A program made the translations under genes and the position numbers. From Phoronis australis (Eukaryota; Animalia; Phoronida): 64,000 nt of DNA. The stretch is taken from the NCBI GenBank assembly GCA_002633005.1, contig NMRA01000045.1, positions 341,131-405,130 of the forward strand. Direction: 5' to 3'. The first letter of the stretch is position 1. Every line of letters begins with the position of its first letter. Of this stretch, positions 33,701 through 49,000 are shown in pieces. The notes beneath the pieces are model-generated. The model did not search any database. It saw only the letters and a list, made by a program, of their open reading frames with translations, and was not told the DNA's origin.

Positions 33701-36700
33701 TAATTACCTCACACTGAAGCCTCGGACTTTGTCCCTTTTCCCATACACTTAACTCGCTACTATCGAAGCTTCGATGTTAACATTGGTTAATTGGTAAGCG
33801 TTACCGTTCCCCATCAACAAATGTTTTAGCATTGGCTGCTTAAAGGCCCACCCCCTGTTGGCAACCGCATTGAGCCCTGCTGATAACTTCAGTGGCATCG
33901 AAGTTAAGGATACCCATTCAGACAAGTGAAGCGTCGATGCTTCAATGTTAAATTTACCTCTTTGCTGGAGTACGGTAAATTGGCGCTGTTAATTTTGATG
34001 CAAGACCGAAGCTGAGTGTTCCCATTCACCAAAACTTCAAGATAACACTGCAGCTTCGCAGCCAGTGAGAATTGCCTTAAACACTGGGATTTCTGAGTGT
34101 GTAACTTTTTAACTGATTAATTTTCGGTCAACTGGGATTGTTCTAAAATTAAACTTCAAACTTCAACGTGTTTTTCTTCTATGAAGTTGTAAGGAAAGGA
34201 GATGGTAAAACGAAAAAAAAAATTGTGAAATATGTATGATATGAACTGTTGAAGTGAGTTGTGGTGGCATGCACAAAGGGAGAGGTGTTCTTATTAATTA
34301 TTTAACGTCTGCGCGAAGACGCGTGTTGCAAATGGTCATGCAGTGTGCAGTGATCAGTGCTCTACTCGCCACAGGCTATCGGAAAACATTGATTTTTGAA
34401 CATACGTATACCAATGTATGTGTGCTTTCTGAAGTCCCATTGGAACCCATTATGCATTGTTAATTCTTTCCACTCAGTGCTATTCTGGCATGGCAGAAAA
34501 CACTGTTTGGAAAGGGGGCCTGTGGAAACTTCCAAGACCTAGGGCTTGGAATAACCAATGACAAAAAAGAAGACAAATTTCCAGTTGATGTAGAGTTTCA
34601 CAAATAAATAGGCTTGGGTGATAGAAATATTTTTGTGTCGTAAAATTTATAACTGCAAGGAATGTTTTTTGCATAAATAAAGTCAAAATATTAATAAAAA
34701 GAGACAAAACAGAGGAAAGTAGAAACCAAATAAGTGGAAATTGAAACCAAAAAAAGAGGAAATCTTCTTAAAAGAGGAAAATTTCAAGCCCTGAAGACTC
34801 ACACACCACAGTTGTTTACATCTAAAGATTAACGTTGCTAGGGAGAGGTGGTTGTTATCGACTTCTAATTCATTCGCACTAAGGAATTAATTCTATTTTC
34901 GTTATTAATTTTTCGTGTTTAAGTTTGTATTGCTAGTAGTTATTGGGTTATTTCATGTTTCAGAAACGTTACACACATCTCTGATTGTGACAATGTCACT
35001 GGTTGAATGCTTCAATCAGCTATAGAAACTTTGATTGATCTGAAGGTGAATGTTCAGGAAGACACTTGCTTGTGTCAAGAGTGTTGTGTAAAAACGACTT
35101 CACACTAGGTGCCCCTTACAGTAGGTGCCCATTACACTAGATGCTTGTCACGTTCAACAAATGGTAATAAGTTAACAAATAAGTCTGTTGGAGAAAAGTT
35201 ATCTTGTTAACGTAACTGGATGTTTTACTGCTTTTTTCTCAAATGCAGAAATCTGCTTCAGTTGTCACTTGGCTCATGTGGTGAAAACCTAAGATTTTCA
35301 ATAGCTCAAATGCTAACAAAAATGCTTATATTTTAATTAGACAAAAGAGCTGTTGCTAAGGGAAGGTTTTCACAGTAGTTAGTTTATTCTCCCACCACCC
35401 ATTGGGGGACTAAAAATTTTTCGGAATGACCCTATGTGTGTATATACCTGTACATAAGTGCATGCATATGTATATACACATGTATATACACATGTATATA
35501 TACATTATAAAAAGATATGTGTATATGTATATATATGGAGTGGCTGTGTTAATCATGGTTTAAAACCTAACCATTTGATACCCTCAAATACCTGTGCCTC
35601 AAAATTTTGGAAAATTATGTTTTCACTCGAAGCCAAGTACACAGCCTCATTTAAAATCTGTTTTGGTATGAATTTTGAAGCACTTGGTTTTGGACAGTTT
35701 TAAGTATCTTTCTCACAATTTCAGACATTTGGCAAAAATTATGACATTTATTTGTTGAGATGACCTCAAAGAATACAGGTCTCGGAAAAACTGCCTATGA
35801 ATTTGTGTCAGGCAATGTTGTTGAGTTGTGAAATACTGTACATCGGTGCAAGGTCCCCACACGACTAAAGTGCCGTCCACGCACTGACTTATCCTAGAAC
35901 AGGTTACTCTTGGAACTGAGTTGTCACTAGATTTGGAGGTTGTGTAAATGCAGCTTACTCTACTTGTGACAACTTACTCCACCTTATCAAGGTGGAGTAA
36001 CTTGTTCTAGGGTAACTTGTGCCACTACTAATTCCTGTGTGGCTGCAAACCTGGGCCAAGGCGAAAGTACAGTTATCAACTATGGTTACATACAGACTTT
36101 TTTGCACGCCGCACTCGCAATAGGTGTTCATTACACGGAGCGACCACTTCTGCCTTACCCTAGTAAAGTTGTGGGATATGTGTGTGTGGTCGCTCCACTC
36201 TCACACATATAGCTCCACTAAAGTGGGAAAAGTAGCGCAAGACTGCAAGTTGTTCTAGGGTAGGCAAAAACATTGACATGCATGACTGATTTCAAAGTGT
36301 AGGCAAACAATAACAGCTCAGCACATTTTAGCCATCCATAGTGGCAAAAACCAAGAAATGCTCGAGTGATTTTAAGATATTTAGGGTGGATATCTTATCC
36401 ACCTAAACTGGCATCTGGAAGACCTTCAACAATTTTAGGCCACTACAAGACGTGTGTGTGTGTTTGTTAGAATAAAATGCGTTGAATACTGCTCAATGCC
36501 ACTTGAAATTTTTTGTACTGGAAACAAGTGTTAGTATATGATAGTGAATGTTCTGGTAAAAGTCTGTAAAAAAGACAGGTGTTATGATTTTAAAAAGGCA
36601 TTTGATACTGTCCATTTGAGATATTTATTATGTAAACCCAACAGTGTTGGTGTCCATGGTGATATAACAAAAGTAATTCAGTTTATGTATATGAACAAAT

Positions 36701-39700
36701 AGATTCGTTTATTAGTGGACAAAACTGAAAGAGCAAATTTCTTTCAAGTGCACAGTAGGAGTGTGAAAAGGATGTACACTGAGTCCTTTTATGTTTACAA
36801 TATATTTTTAATGAACTGATCAAACAAACGTCTTAAAAAATCTGATTGTCCAGGTTTCTATTGATTGTGACTACCCTGTTTACTGTATGCTGATGATGTT
36901 GAAAATACACAGAGATAAAAGCTAAAACAATTAAAGGTTGTAGAACCATTTTACAAGGATTTGGAACAGAGGTTAACATTATCGATAAAACAAGAATTAT
37001 AGTGTTGAGAGTGAGAAAAGATGGTCCACTGACGAATGTTGAAAAGTCATATAATCTCCAATCTGTGAATATTGCATCGTATTTTAAGTATACAAGGTTG
37101 TATTTCCCAGGGATATTCCTGGACTGCGCCTTTGCGCCATAACCGCATAAAAAATAGAAAGGCACAAGTAGGTTGCAGCACTGCACCCCCTGGACGCATC
37201 TTTTAAAATGCAACACTTCCAAGGTACCACCTAAACTACACGGTCAACGGACTCATAAACACGGGCACGGACGCATGAGCACGACTCACGGACCTGCAAA
37301 CACGATCCACGCACCCAAATACACGGGACACGGACTCATTCACGAGGAAACACGGTAAACGGACCACCAAACACGGTTTACGGACAAAATGAAGGTATCA
37401 GCTGATCCAGGAAGCCTATGAGTAAGGGACCCGTGTTTGGCGGTCCGTAGTGTAGTTTAGGTACCTTGACTTCTAAAAATGCAAGATTCTATTCAACTTA
37501 AAGCTAGTGTATTCACTGAACAGTCTGTTGGATGTCTTTGTCAGATAGCCTTTTCGTATGGAATTTTAAAATAAAAATGCTACTGTTACATGAACATGAC
37601 TCTTGTTATATTGATTGCCCTTGGGATTCCTGTTTCATATGTTACCACTTAAATTACGCTAAGTCTCAGGGTGTTCCCTCGAAACAGGAACCCGGTGTAA
37701 AATAGATACCCCTGAATTGAGAACAGACTCACTTACCTTCTAAACAGCTAACCAGCCCGAAAAACAGGATCCCCGACCTTTTAAACAAGAATCCTGGGGA
37801 TCGGATAGGAATCCCAGGGATCAGACAGGAAACCCGGGGACCGAAAAAAATTGTCCAAGTTTCCTGTCCGATCCCCGGGATTCCTGTTTTAAAGGTCGGT
37901 GTTCCTGTTTTTCTGGCTGTTTAGCTGTTTTGAAGGTGCGGGATTAGTTTTCTACTCCGGGATATGTTTTACACTGGGGTTCCTGTTTTAATTGAACACT
38001 CTGAGTCTGCTGGGCACAGCTTTTTGAAAAAAGGTACACTTTATCATCAGGTCCGCCCAAAGGGCACATGTTCAAATCTGGTCAGGAATATTAACCCTGA
38101 TTTCCTCTTCACATAGTAACAATGGTGGCAAGTTAGCTGCACAAGAAGAAAAATTGTTGAATTTGAGACAAAAATAATTACTTTAATTGTGATATTCTTA
38201 TTTTTCAGAGGATTACCACATTGTTGCTCGAAATTTTATCAAGTGTTGTTTGATAATAGCTACACTGTGCAAATCATGCTAAAAGCAACGTAAATTTTCA
38301 TGAAAAGTTATTTTTGTTGAAAAATTTGACGAAACTACAAAACTGCAGTTTCACCAGTCCGCCGTACTGTGTCCCAATTTTTACTGTATGTTTTGCATAA
38401 TGATATTTGATAGAATGATAAATGGTTTAGATTTCAGATTACTGCCTGATAATTTTTTTGTAAAACAACAGCTTTCAGCCCCACGAGCCGTTGAAAATGT
38501 TCGGATCACTAATAAAATTTGTAAAAATACGGCACTTACTAGGTCACTCAGTTCTTTCTAAGTGTGCAATTTGGGAAGGTTCCTGTGGCATGTTAATTGC
38601 TTCTTCAAGATGTGTCAAATATTGTTCAAAATACTGGGCATGCGTGATAGCTAATTTCCATCTTAATGAATACGTGAAAATATACGATGAACACAGCCCA
38701 TTCCATCTTATGAATACCTGAAAATATACAATGAACACAGCCCACAGCTTAGTGTTAAAACTGTGCTGGAATGGCACAAGAACGGGGCTGAAGAACTGCT
38801 TGACGAATGTTGCCGCATTGTGGGTAAATACCGTGAGATTCAAGTGTTGCTGTGTAATCTGTGATCGTCCTATTGCAGAATGTTGCTTGAATTCTGTTAA
38901 TCTGCGTTATAGTCATGACATATTCATGAACTTACCAGATATTACATCACATCTGTTCTGGTTTGAGGCCAAAGTAACAACAGGAAATAGATAATAAGCT
39001 GCTCAGGGATTAATCGATGTATATATATTTTCATTGCAAAGTTAGAAGTGTTTGGTTTTAGCTCATAGCATTATCAGTGGTTCTCAATATGCAATGAACA
39101 ATGACACCATCAAAAATTGGTGGTAGTCTAGGCTCGAGTTGTAACCCTGTACCCTGGACTTATTTTTGAGAACCAGTTTTCTCCACTGAATAATGGGCAT
39201 CAAACTGGTTCTCAAAATGCTTGACCCCTATAAATGACTATTGCCAAAGAAAGTCAACACATTCTTGAATCTAAACATTGTGTATCTTTGAAAAATCTAA
39301 CAGTACATCTTTAAAGTTAAAACTCATGGAGTTGGTTACCCGTTGGGATGATAATGTTACGAGTGTTCAAGACATTCTATTCTCATCAGCTCATCAACAT
39401 CCAATCCCTTTGTGAAGAGTTGCTAACTCTTTATTTAGGCGGGAGGTTCCATTTTTTCTAAATCCCGTGAAAAAGCTGTTAAAATTCTCCTTGTGGAAAA
39501 GTGCCAATATAAGTCATGTAGGTACATTTAGTTTTTATTGGTTTTTGTATTATTTTTTTTTTTTTGTATCAACTAAGAGGTGGTACAAGTCTATGCCATA
39601 AACATTTCGCTGCATTCACTTTAAAACTACTGCAAAGGAACATGTTATAAGAACAAATCTAGGTTTTTCAAAGAATTTTGCAATAAATGGATGCTATTTT

Positions 39701-42700
39701 TGATTAGTATTGAAATATCCCAGGCGAGGAGTGGGCTGAGAGTTCATTTCTAAATATTATTCATAGATTTAATTTTTGTTTCTGATGAGACATTAAAAGT
39801 ACATTAGTGGTATTTTCTTGATTGCATTTTTTGTTTAACGTCACCAGGGAGTACTGATTGCTCCATTGTTCACTATAATTCATACTTATCGTATGTGTTA
39901 TTTGGTTTTGCGTTTGTTTGAGTATGGTGGTGTTGCATGTCTATGTATTTAGCCAGTCACGTACTAGTAGAAGGCTATAAATGTTTACTCAGTAAAAGTG
40001 TTTATTTTCTGAAAGTAGAAAGCCTGCAGAATTTGATTTTTGACGTTTTACCAATCTAAAGCATTTGTTTAGTAAAATTTAGCAAAAAAGAAAGGTAGAT
40101 TGGTAACACCGACGGTATCATAAACAAGACCAACTTTGATAGTTTTATATCAGTATTAAGGCCCTGATTTGAGGGGACCGTTGATGTAAACTGCGAAGTT
40201 AACTGAACTGCTCACACCGGCTTCGGTAGTTAACAGACATTGAAGTAAACTGTAGGTGACGCTGTTGTCATTGAAGTAATCGCAAGGTAGCACTGATGCA
40301 TTGTGTGCACGCTAAGATTCTTTATAATGTGTTAATTGACATAAAACTTATTTCTGATTTGATGAGAGATTATTCGAGCAAAATATAAGCAATCATTAGC
40401 GATGACACTGCCTTAATTGTTGACGATGACTGGCCCGGGCGATGACTTCGATGGCACTAAAGTTGACTGTACATACTGCACCGCAGCTTCATTAGGCTCC
40501 GCTGTTAAATCCACCTGTTTACTGCAAGTTAACTTCTATCCAGGACCAAAGTTAACTGTTCGTACTGAGTTCATCTCTCAAAAACATTGATACGTTGACG
40601 TTAATATGAAATCTCATAAAACACTGCTATGGTTTTCGAAAGTATCATTTCGCTTTATGCAACTTTTCGTTTTTTGCATGAAAATCACGAAATACCTATT
40701 ATTGATAACCCCTCATGCAGTAGCATTCCTAAAGTCCCGTCCACACGCAGACTTATCCTGGAACAAGGTGCACTAGTGCAACTTGCCCCACTGTAAGTGG
40801 ATTGTCCCCCCTCACACATATTTGATAACTAGTGTGAGGTGGAAGTTTTTGCCCTTCGCATGAACACCTGATGCAAACACTGCACGCAGAAGAAGACCCG
40901 TTTTGTATGTAACCGTAGCTGATAATTACTGCTTTGTCCCAGGTTTGCAGCCACATAGCAATTAAAAGTGGCATGGGGTAAATCGTGGAAAGCATTAAAA
41001 TATTCGATAATATGTCTATTTCATCACAATGTGTCAAAAAGGGGGTCACATTTTGATGGTGGGACGCAGGGCACATTTTGAAAAGCTGTATAGCAAGGAT
41101 GCATTAACCCAGGTCATAGTTTGTGTGACTATTGAGTTAGCACACGCTTGCACTTCCGCGATGAGTCCCCAGTTATTTTTGAAGCAGAGAAAAACCAAAG
41201 CTCCGAGATAAAGATTATCTAGTTCTTCGTGGTTGTACTTTCCACATGAGCTCATAGGTCGCATTGATATTTGGTGTTAAGTTGTGTCGAACTTGTTTTC
41301 ATCTAATTGAACTGCAACTGCATAGTTTTAGTTGTCTAGAACAGCAGAACTCAGTCTTTCTTTCTCTTAATACAATCATTGATTGGTCATTAGGCCATCC
41401 TGTTGCTGGAGGCTGAGTTTCCAATGTTGATTTTCTTTTTATCACTGTGAGTTTTCCATTTGTGTAATCTGGGCTGTCATTAGGAAAATGGATTTTGCTT
41501 ATATTATGGTATTTAATTGGGACACAACTGAAGTGTATGATGGTGATTATGTAACATTCAGGTGGAAGAATTTGTGATTTAGCCAAGTTATAAAGTTTCT
41601 TTTGCAAAATGTTTGGGGCTGCTGCAGTTTCAGATAACAATAATTACAAAAATTGACTGTTTTTGTTTTTAAAGGCTTTTGACATTGTTGTGAATACCAC
41701 AATTTATCAAAACATTGTCTGATGACAGCTACAGCTTAGAACATTAATGAAGCATTTTTTCTGTGCTTCCTAACTTTTATGGGAAAGTAAAATTTCACTC
41801 GCCTGCCGTATTGAGTCCTAAATTGGCGAGATTTTACCATAATCAAATTTTCACCAACAGAGAATAAGAGTAATACCTAATGAGGTTTAATGGTGCTATA
41901 AACCTCCTCCTCTATTCAAAATAGCAGTTGATTTACGGAAAACTCGCGGGTGAACACCCATGTCTGGGTAATCGCTCATCTCCAACTTTTTGTCAATTTT
42001 CGGTTTAAGCGCCCACTGCTTGGGTAATCGCCCACCCCCGACTTTTTGCCAATTTTTCGGTTTAAGCGCCCACTGCTTGGGTAATCGCCCACCCCCGTCT
42101 CAGGGTTTCCCAATTTAAGTGCCCAGTGCATCAACCTGCGAGTTAACGGTAGATCATAAACACACACACACACAGAGTAATGGTTGGTAGTGGTAATAGA
42201 ATCCTATCATGTTAAGGAATATTATCAGACCATGTTTAGAGAATAAAATGCCTAATTCAATTTTGGATTTTTAGTGGCTTGCAGCTTTAGACTATGTCCA
42301 TGTTGCTGACATTGTAGAGCTAAAACTGACTTGAGCAGTATAACATCGACCTCATCAAAGTGTGTTGTTCTTGACTCACTCAGGTAACTGTTAAAAGAAT
42401 TTTTGGTGCACTCACTTAGCTGTGGTCCAAATAAACAGACTGATAATTTTGTATTTATGTTGTATCAATTTGGGCTGTAGTCACTACTCACTACTCACTA
42501 GGAAAGGGGGAAAGTGTCTAAGATGGACATTGTATCATTTGATTTGCTGCAGAATTAGAGCTCAAAGTGCATTAATTTAAGTTTGCCTGGTACAATGTTG
42601 AATTCGTAATAATTAGGATAAGAAATAATGGCAAGCGCATTTGCATGTGAAGAGGCAGAACAATTTCTTGACACATGTATTTCATGTAAATCCCTTAGAA

Positions 42701-42916
42701 TAAGAGTGATCAGTGCCATTTCAGTACTGGCCTATTGCTGTAACAGTGCTACAGCAAAGACAATTCTGAGATCAGCTTGTCACAATTAAACATCCGTTTT
42801 CATAATTTTCATTTTTTAATCTGTGAATAGGGAGGAAATGCCTTCTTAAAATATATGACTCATATCAATATATAGGCAAGATATTTATTGACTAGATATG
42901 CCAACTATTTTATGAN

Positions 42917-43007
<91 letters not shown>

Positions 43008-46000
43008 ATGGTTGGTAGCGGTAATAGAATCCTATCATGTTAAGGAATATTATCAGACCATATTTAGAGAATAAAATGCCAAATTCAATTTTGGGTTTTT
43101 TAAGTGGCTTGCAGCTTTAGACTATGTCCATGTTGCTGACATTGCAGAGCTAAAACTGACTTGAGCAGTATAACATCGACCTCATCATGTAACTGTTAAA
43201 AGAATTTTTGGTGCACTCACTTAGCTGTGGTCCAAATAAACAGACTGATAATTTTGTATTTATGTTGTATCAATTTGGGCTGTAGTCACTAGGAAAGGGG
43301 GAAAGTGTCTAAGATGGACATTGTATCATTTGATTTGCTGCAGAATTAGAGCTCAAAATGCATTAATTTAAGTTTGCCTGGTACAATGTTGAATTAGTAA
43401 TAATTAGGATAAGAAATAATGGCAAGCGCATTTGCATGTGAAGAGGCAGAACAATTTCTTGACACATGTATTGCATGTAAATCCCTTAGAATAAGAGTGA
43501 TCAGTGCCATTTCAGTACTGGCCTATTGCTGTAACAGTGCTACAGCAAAGACAATTCTGAGATCAGCTTGTCACAATTAAACATCCCTTTTCATAATTTT
43601 CATTTTTTAATCTGCGAATAGGGAGGAAATGCCTTCTTAAAATATATGACTCATATCAATATATAGGCAAGATATTTATTGACTAGATATGCCAACTATT
43701 TTATGAAGTCAACAGCTGCATTGATCTTACAAATCTGCTGATAACTGCACAGCCAGTGTCTGAAATATTGATTAAGGGTCAGATTTCGCAGTCAGTAAAT
43801 AACTTAAAGTGACTCAAAGTGACTTAACATAACTCTTTAAGTTGCTCTGAGATTAATTAACTTCACTTTGGGAAGCCCCAGTTCCTTTATTAGTGGCTTA
43901 ATTGAATTGAATTGACTTTCGTCAGTCTTTGTCCCTTGTTCATTCAGTTGATGCAAATTCTTGAATAGTGTTTTTGTGTTTCTGTCACTTTCAGTGAGTA
44001 CAAATATAAATTCAGAAAATGTGGGCTTACAACCATTATTTGTATTTCATAGAGTTGTCAGGGAACATTAGGCACTATATAGCATTTCCTAATACAACTA
44101 AAGGCCCTTTCACACCAGCGGGCCAATGTTATCGTAAACAATTACAGGACATTGTTGTTACTAGTATTTGCTAATGTTTTGCTCAAGTAATCACCAGTTT
44201 GATTAGAAATCAGTTTCATGTCAATAATCACACGTAAATGTTCTCAAATTGTCACATTAAAAAATCTTAGTGCGCACAGGACGAAAACCCGGCATTTCTC
44301 AGCCCACCTTGAAGGGCACCTTATTCATCAGCGTGGTACTTTGATGGCAATAGTTTCACTATCATTCACTTAAGTTTAAACTATGAAACATGGTATGAAT
44401 GGTTCAAATAACTCCGTAGTTTACATGGATGCTGCTCATACTGGAGTGAAGTTAGTGTGAAAGGGCTTTTAATGTTGCTTCTCATCAGTTGGGATGGGTA
44501 CTTGCCATAGTACCTGGACTTTTTGACCAGCTTCTTTTATTTGGGAATTTGGGATCAGAGATGGGCGTGAGTGATAACTGCTGCCTTTCCTGTTCATGAC
44601 AATATACTTCACCTCCCTTCTAGACTGTCTGAAGTATAAAAACTGAGTCTGGTATTAGAAAATTGAAACTTTTTCATTGTTTAAATGGCAAAAATCGTAT
44701 TACGGAAGAAAAGCAAAATAACGCACATTGCAACTGCTTTGTTTGCTTTTGGACCCGTCCTGAGCAACACAATGGTGCAACTAGACTTGTGTTCACTGCC
44801 ACTTATCAGAGTGATCTTATAACAACATTATCTATGTGTCTGTCGTATATGGTGATTGTGGAGCTTAGCGGGTTTTTTTTTTTCAAAAATACAACATTGC
44901 TTTATTATGACATGTTATCTCTATTGTTCATAGTTAATTTTTGCAAAGTCTTTAAATGCATGCAACTTCAATTGATTTCAATTATATTGCAAAAATTCAA
45001 TTTATATGCCTTTTTCAAGCCTGATTTTGATTCTTGGTGCCTTTGACAATTTCCAACATTAAGTTTGTTTGTTACACTAACTCAAGATCATCTAATGTAT
45101 CCCTGCAGTCTAAGTTGTCTTGTGTTACACATGTACATCACCTTCTGTTTCAGTGCAAATTCGCGGTAGCCATGGCAAACAGAAGTTTACTAACTTCATG
45201 CTGGTTGCTGTAGGTGAAGGGTCAAGAGACGAAGCTACAAGGGGAATATTTAAAGTATGTTTTTCTCATTTGACAATGGGGAGTGTTAATTCATTAAGTG
45301 ACACCAGTGGGACAACGTCCCTTAAGCACTATAACTTGGTGCCATTGGACCTTTCGGTCGTGAATGTCTACATGCTGAACATGGAAGTCTCAGAGATTTT
45401 GCCCTTTTCTCTAGGTCCTGGATATTTCAGTGTTCAAAGTTTTGTCAGGCAGGATATTTTAAAAATCAGCTAGAAAAATTCGCCATTGGAGTGTGGTGAC
45501 CACACTCTGACCCAAATTGATTGCTGATGGAGAAAATGAACAAACACTAGAGAATGGAGTGGTTCTTTGCCTTGGGTCGTCGTGTTTGCGCCAAACATGG
45601 GGCAAAGGTAGCAAATTCTGTCTACGTTATTACAGGAAATGAATTGGGCAAATGTCTGGACTAATGTAAAATGTCTTGGACATGGTGTATATTGAAGCTT
45701 TGTGGTCATGTTGGTTGATTCAGAGTTTGAAAGATAAAACCAACATATCAAATACTGAAAGCCATTCTTAGTAAAGCCAATCCCCAGACTGAGGGTAATG
45801 TAAGGCCAGTTGGCTTCTTTATTTCAGTTCTGTAAATACTCTTTTGTTTGGCCGTTGGCCATGTGCTTGGTCTTGGAATTTATGCCATCAGTGTGCGGAT
45901 ATTGCTTATCTGTTCAGACATGGAAACTTCTAGGTTATTCTTGGTGTTATCTTTTTATGCTTTGTGTCTTGGCTTCCTATGCTCAAAACAATAATTAATT

Positions 46001-49000
46001 ATCATGGAATTTCAGTGCAGTAGTTCAAAGAGCACTGAGGACTAACTAACAGTGTGTATTAAATATTGACCATGAAAATGGGACTTACCTAAATTGCAAC
46101 CACGTTGGACTTCATGAAAATGGGACTTACCTAAATTGTGACCACGCTGGTTGGTTGATGAAACACAAATGATCATTATCACAATGAAACAGAGCAGATT
46201 TTAGAGAATATTACTAGAATTTCCAACACTGAAGAATGAACAGTTTCATATTCTTTCTGGAAGTCAAAAAAGTCATGGAAAACGGGCGAGTACTAGTACG
46301 TCATCATGATGGCATTTTGTGGGTTTGTTTTGACAAGCAACCTGACCAGCATCAAACTTATCTGGCTTCGAACTAATCAAACTTATCCAACTAGTTTTAT
46401 TTTGAAACCTAGATGCCAGCCTTATTTGAAATTTGAAATTTGCTGACATGGTCCCAGATGAAAAGGCTGGTAGGTGATCATGAACCGAGGCAAATGTTCC
46501 TCGTGTAAAAATGGCTTACGGTTATTAAAAATGCTGTCATCTTTCTATGGAAATGCTAGTTGTGCAATTAGCCGGTGACTGAGTCAGTTTAGGGTTAAAT
46601 GGGCTTTGGTGTCCTAATAAGTAATTTATTTACAGATTGTAAGATTGAGCAATTGGAGAGCAAAGGAATATGATTTACAAGCGAAGAATTTCTTTTTCAG
46701 ATTTCCAGCGATGACGAAGTCAAGTTTAATGACACATGTGAAAACATAATCACTCGCAGGTATCCTTATCCTAGCCGAGTGAGTAATGTGAGTGTCAGCT
46801 GGCAAGCGCCACCTAGTGGAAGTGGATGTGTGGAGTTCAGGTAATGTCAAATATGTCTTGATACTGGCAGGTTTCACTTCACTTCAAGATTGATCTGCAA
46901 ACCGTAATTATTCTGTTATAGTCAGTTGCCAAAATTATATCTTTTTTCGAGTTTAGAAAGATCGACCGCCATCCTACAAATAGTTAAATTCTTAGCTAGT
47001 GCTATTGACAATTTTGCTGTACAAACCATTCTAATCTTAGAACAATTTTTTCAGTTTGTATTTCCCTTGTTCAGAATTTTGTGAAAACAAATATTTCCAC
47101 TTGCCCTTCACATGAGTTTGCCAAATTGGTGAAGAACTTGCGTGACTGCTTTTCAATCTGACCATCTGTTCATTGACCATTTGGAGAATTTTCATCTGTG
47201 TGCCACTTCTCTGTTTTTGTTGGCCTACTCGACTTCTGTTTCTCTTTTGCTTAGATTTTAGTTTGACTTGTTTATCAATTGTCATTGTTGTGAGGACTTA
47301 GTCTAAGTGCCTTTTGTGTGGAGTGGAACAATTACCCCATGAGCATTGACTATAGCAATGAAACACAGGTAGACGTAAATTGCAATATCATACACTGAAA
47401 CAAATTACTCTAAATGTTTGACTTCGGAGATTTTTAGTTCCTTGTGGAATGTGATGTTAAGATCATTTTCTCTCAGAAAGAAAATGCCATAAATATTGGC
47501 CAAAATGATGGAGTTGGTTTCAATTCGTTTACTAGTATCTCAGTTGGTAGTAAAGTGTTCAACTTGATACTTTATGGGGCATAAATTGCTGTGTGGTGCT
47601 GGACCAAGACTGTGCTAATGCTTAACAATGAACTAGATAAATATCTGGATTTATAATCTTCTGCTGTCTGAACCAGAGATATTTGTTATGGAAATTTGTG
47701 GACACAAATGGTAGTGAAATTCAGTGCAAGGTATTTCAGTACACAGCTGCCACAGCAAGTATGGCGTACAAGTAAATTAGTTAGTGATGGTTACAACAAT
47801 TGGTGACTTGCCAAGCCTACATTCCCTGTGACTTGAATTGATGCTGAGGTCCATTTGCAAACTAAACATGTTAATCAAATTGGGTGTATTGTAAGACAAG
47901 TGTTGAAGTATGACATGGAAAGGTCTGTATATTGATATTCCCCGTTTGATTCTATAAAATGTGTGATCAATTTTAGTGCCTTATAGTAGTGTAACTAGTT
48001 GATTCCCTAGAGTGACTAGTGACTTACTGCATTTTTGCTACAGCATGCTCAATATTATTGTTTTCAAGGATTTGCTTTTAAACAAATTGCCTTGCATCAG
48101 TCTGCGGGTTGTTCCTGTTTGACAGATGTTTTTTGAATTGCGTGTGTGCACTAGATACCACAGAATGTGTATCTTGGCAGAATGTGTATATTGACAGAAT
48201 GTGTATCTTAACGGCTGGAATCAATTTGTAATGTGGGATCTGAAATCTCATACGACAGTATTACAGGCATAGGCAGTGCTGTAGTGGGGCGTAGGCGCAC
48301 CTAGGCGCAGCCAACCACCTTTTGGCATTTGAACGTAGCGCCTATGCACCGTAAGTTACGTTCAGTGCTCAAGGTGATACGGTGGGCTTTGGGCGCCTAC
48401 TTACCTCTAATTGTACCACTACAGCACTGGGCATAGGGGGTGGAACTCCATGGAAGAGGTTTGTTTTTCTTCCTCTATCAGCACACAATACGGCAGACAT
48501 TATTGAAATCTTATTTTGCCAACTTTCTCAGCAACTGTGAAGATAAAGTTTTCTAGTCTGTTTGATTTGTTCTGTGTGTGCATCGTAAAACAACATTTGG
48601 TAAAATTTTCATTGTTTGTACCAAGGTAATCAGTCCTTTAAAAAATATAAAATGATTTTTTGTCAGTTATTTTTGTCCAAACTATGTGAAGAATTACGGT
48701 ATCCGTAACATGCTCAGTGCTTGACACATTGCGGACGTGACACAAAATGAAATAGGGTTTTTTTGAAAGTGACTTCAGACTTAAAAGTCTGTTCTGTTTA
48801 AAGAGTATGTTTTAGAAAAACTTTATTTGATAACTTGTTGTGCAGGAGAGATTATTTGAGGTTTTAACAAATTCCATACTATAAATTCAGCAACCTGTAT
48901 ATTTTGTTTGATGAAATGCAAGTTTTTTAACTCTTTCGGTGATAAAATGTATGACTAACAGAGTTATACTCACTACAAACTGTGGAAGTGATTTTTTATG

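Noticed and set aside
30918-45153. Nested gene in the 14-kb spondin intron 1
   Set aside because: All ORFs there are short with no recognisable domain; the content I can interpret is MITEs, a LINE remnant and satellites.
46069-46146. Two tandem copies of a ~42-bp unit containing acttacct (U1-like, or a perfect antisense donor)
   Set aside because: A local duplication with no matching antisense acceptor or exon that I could support.
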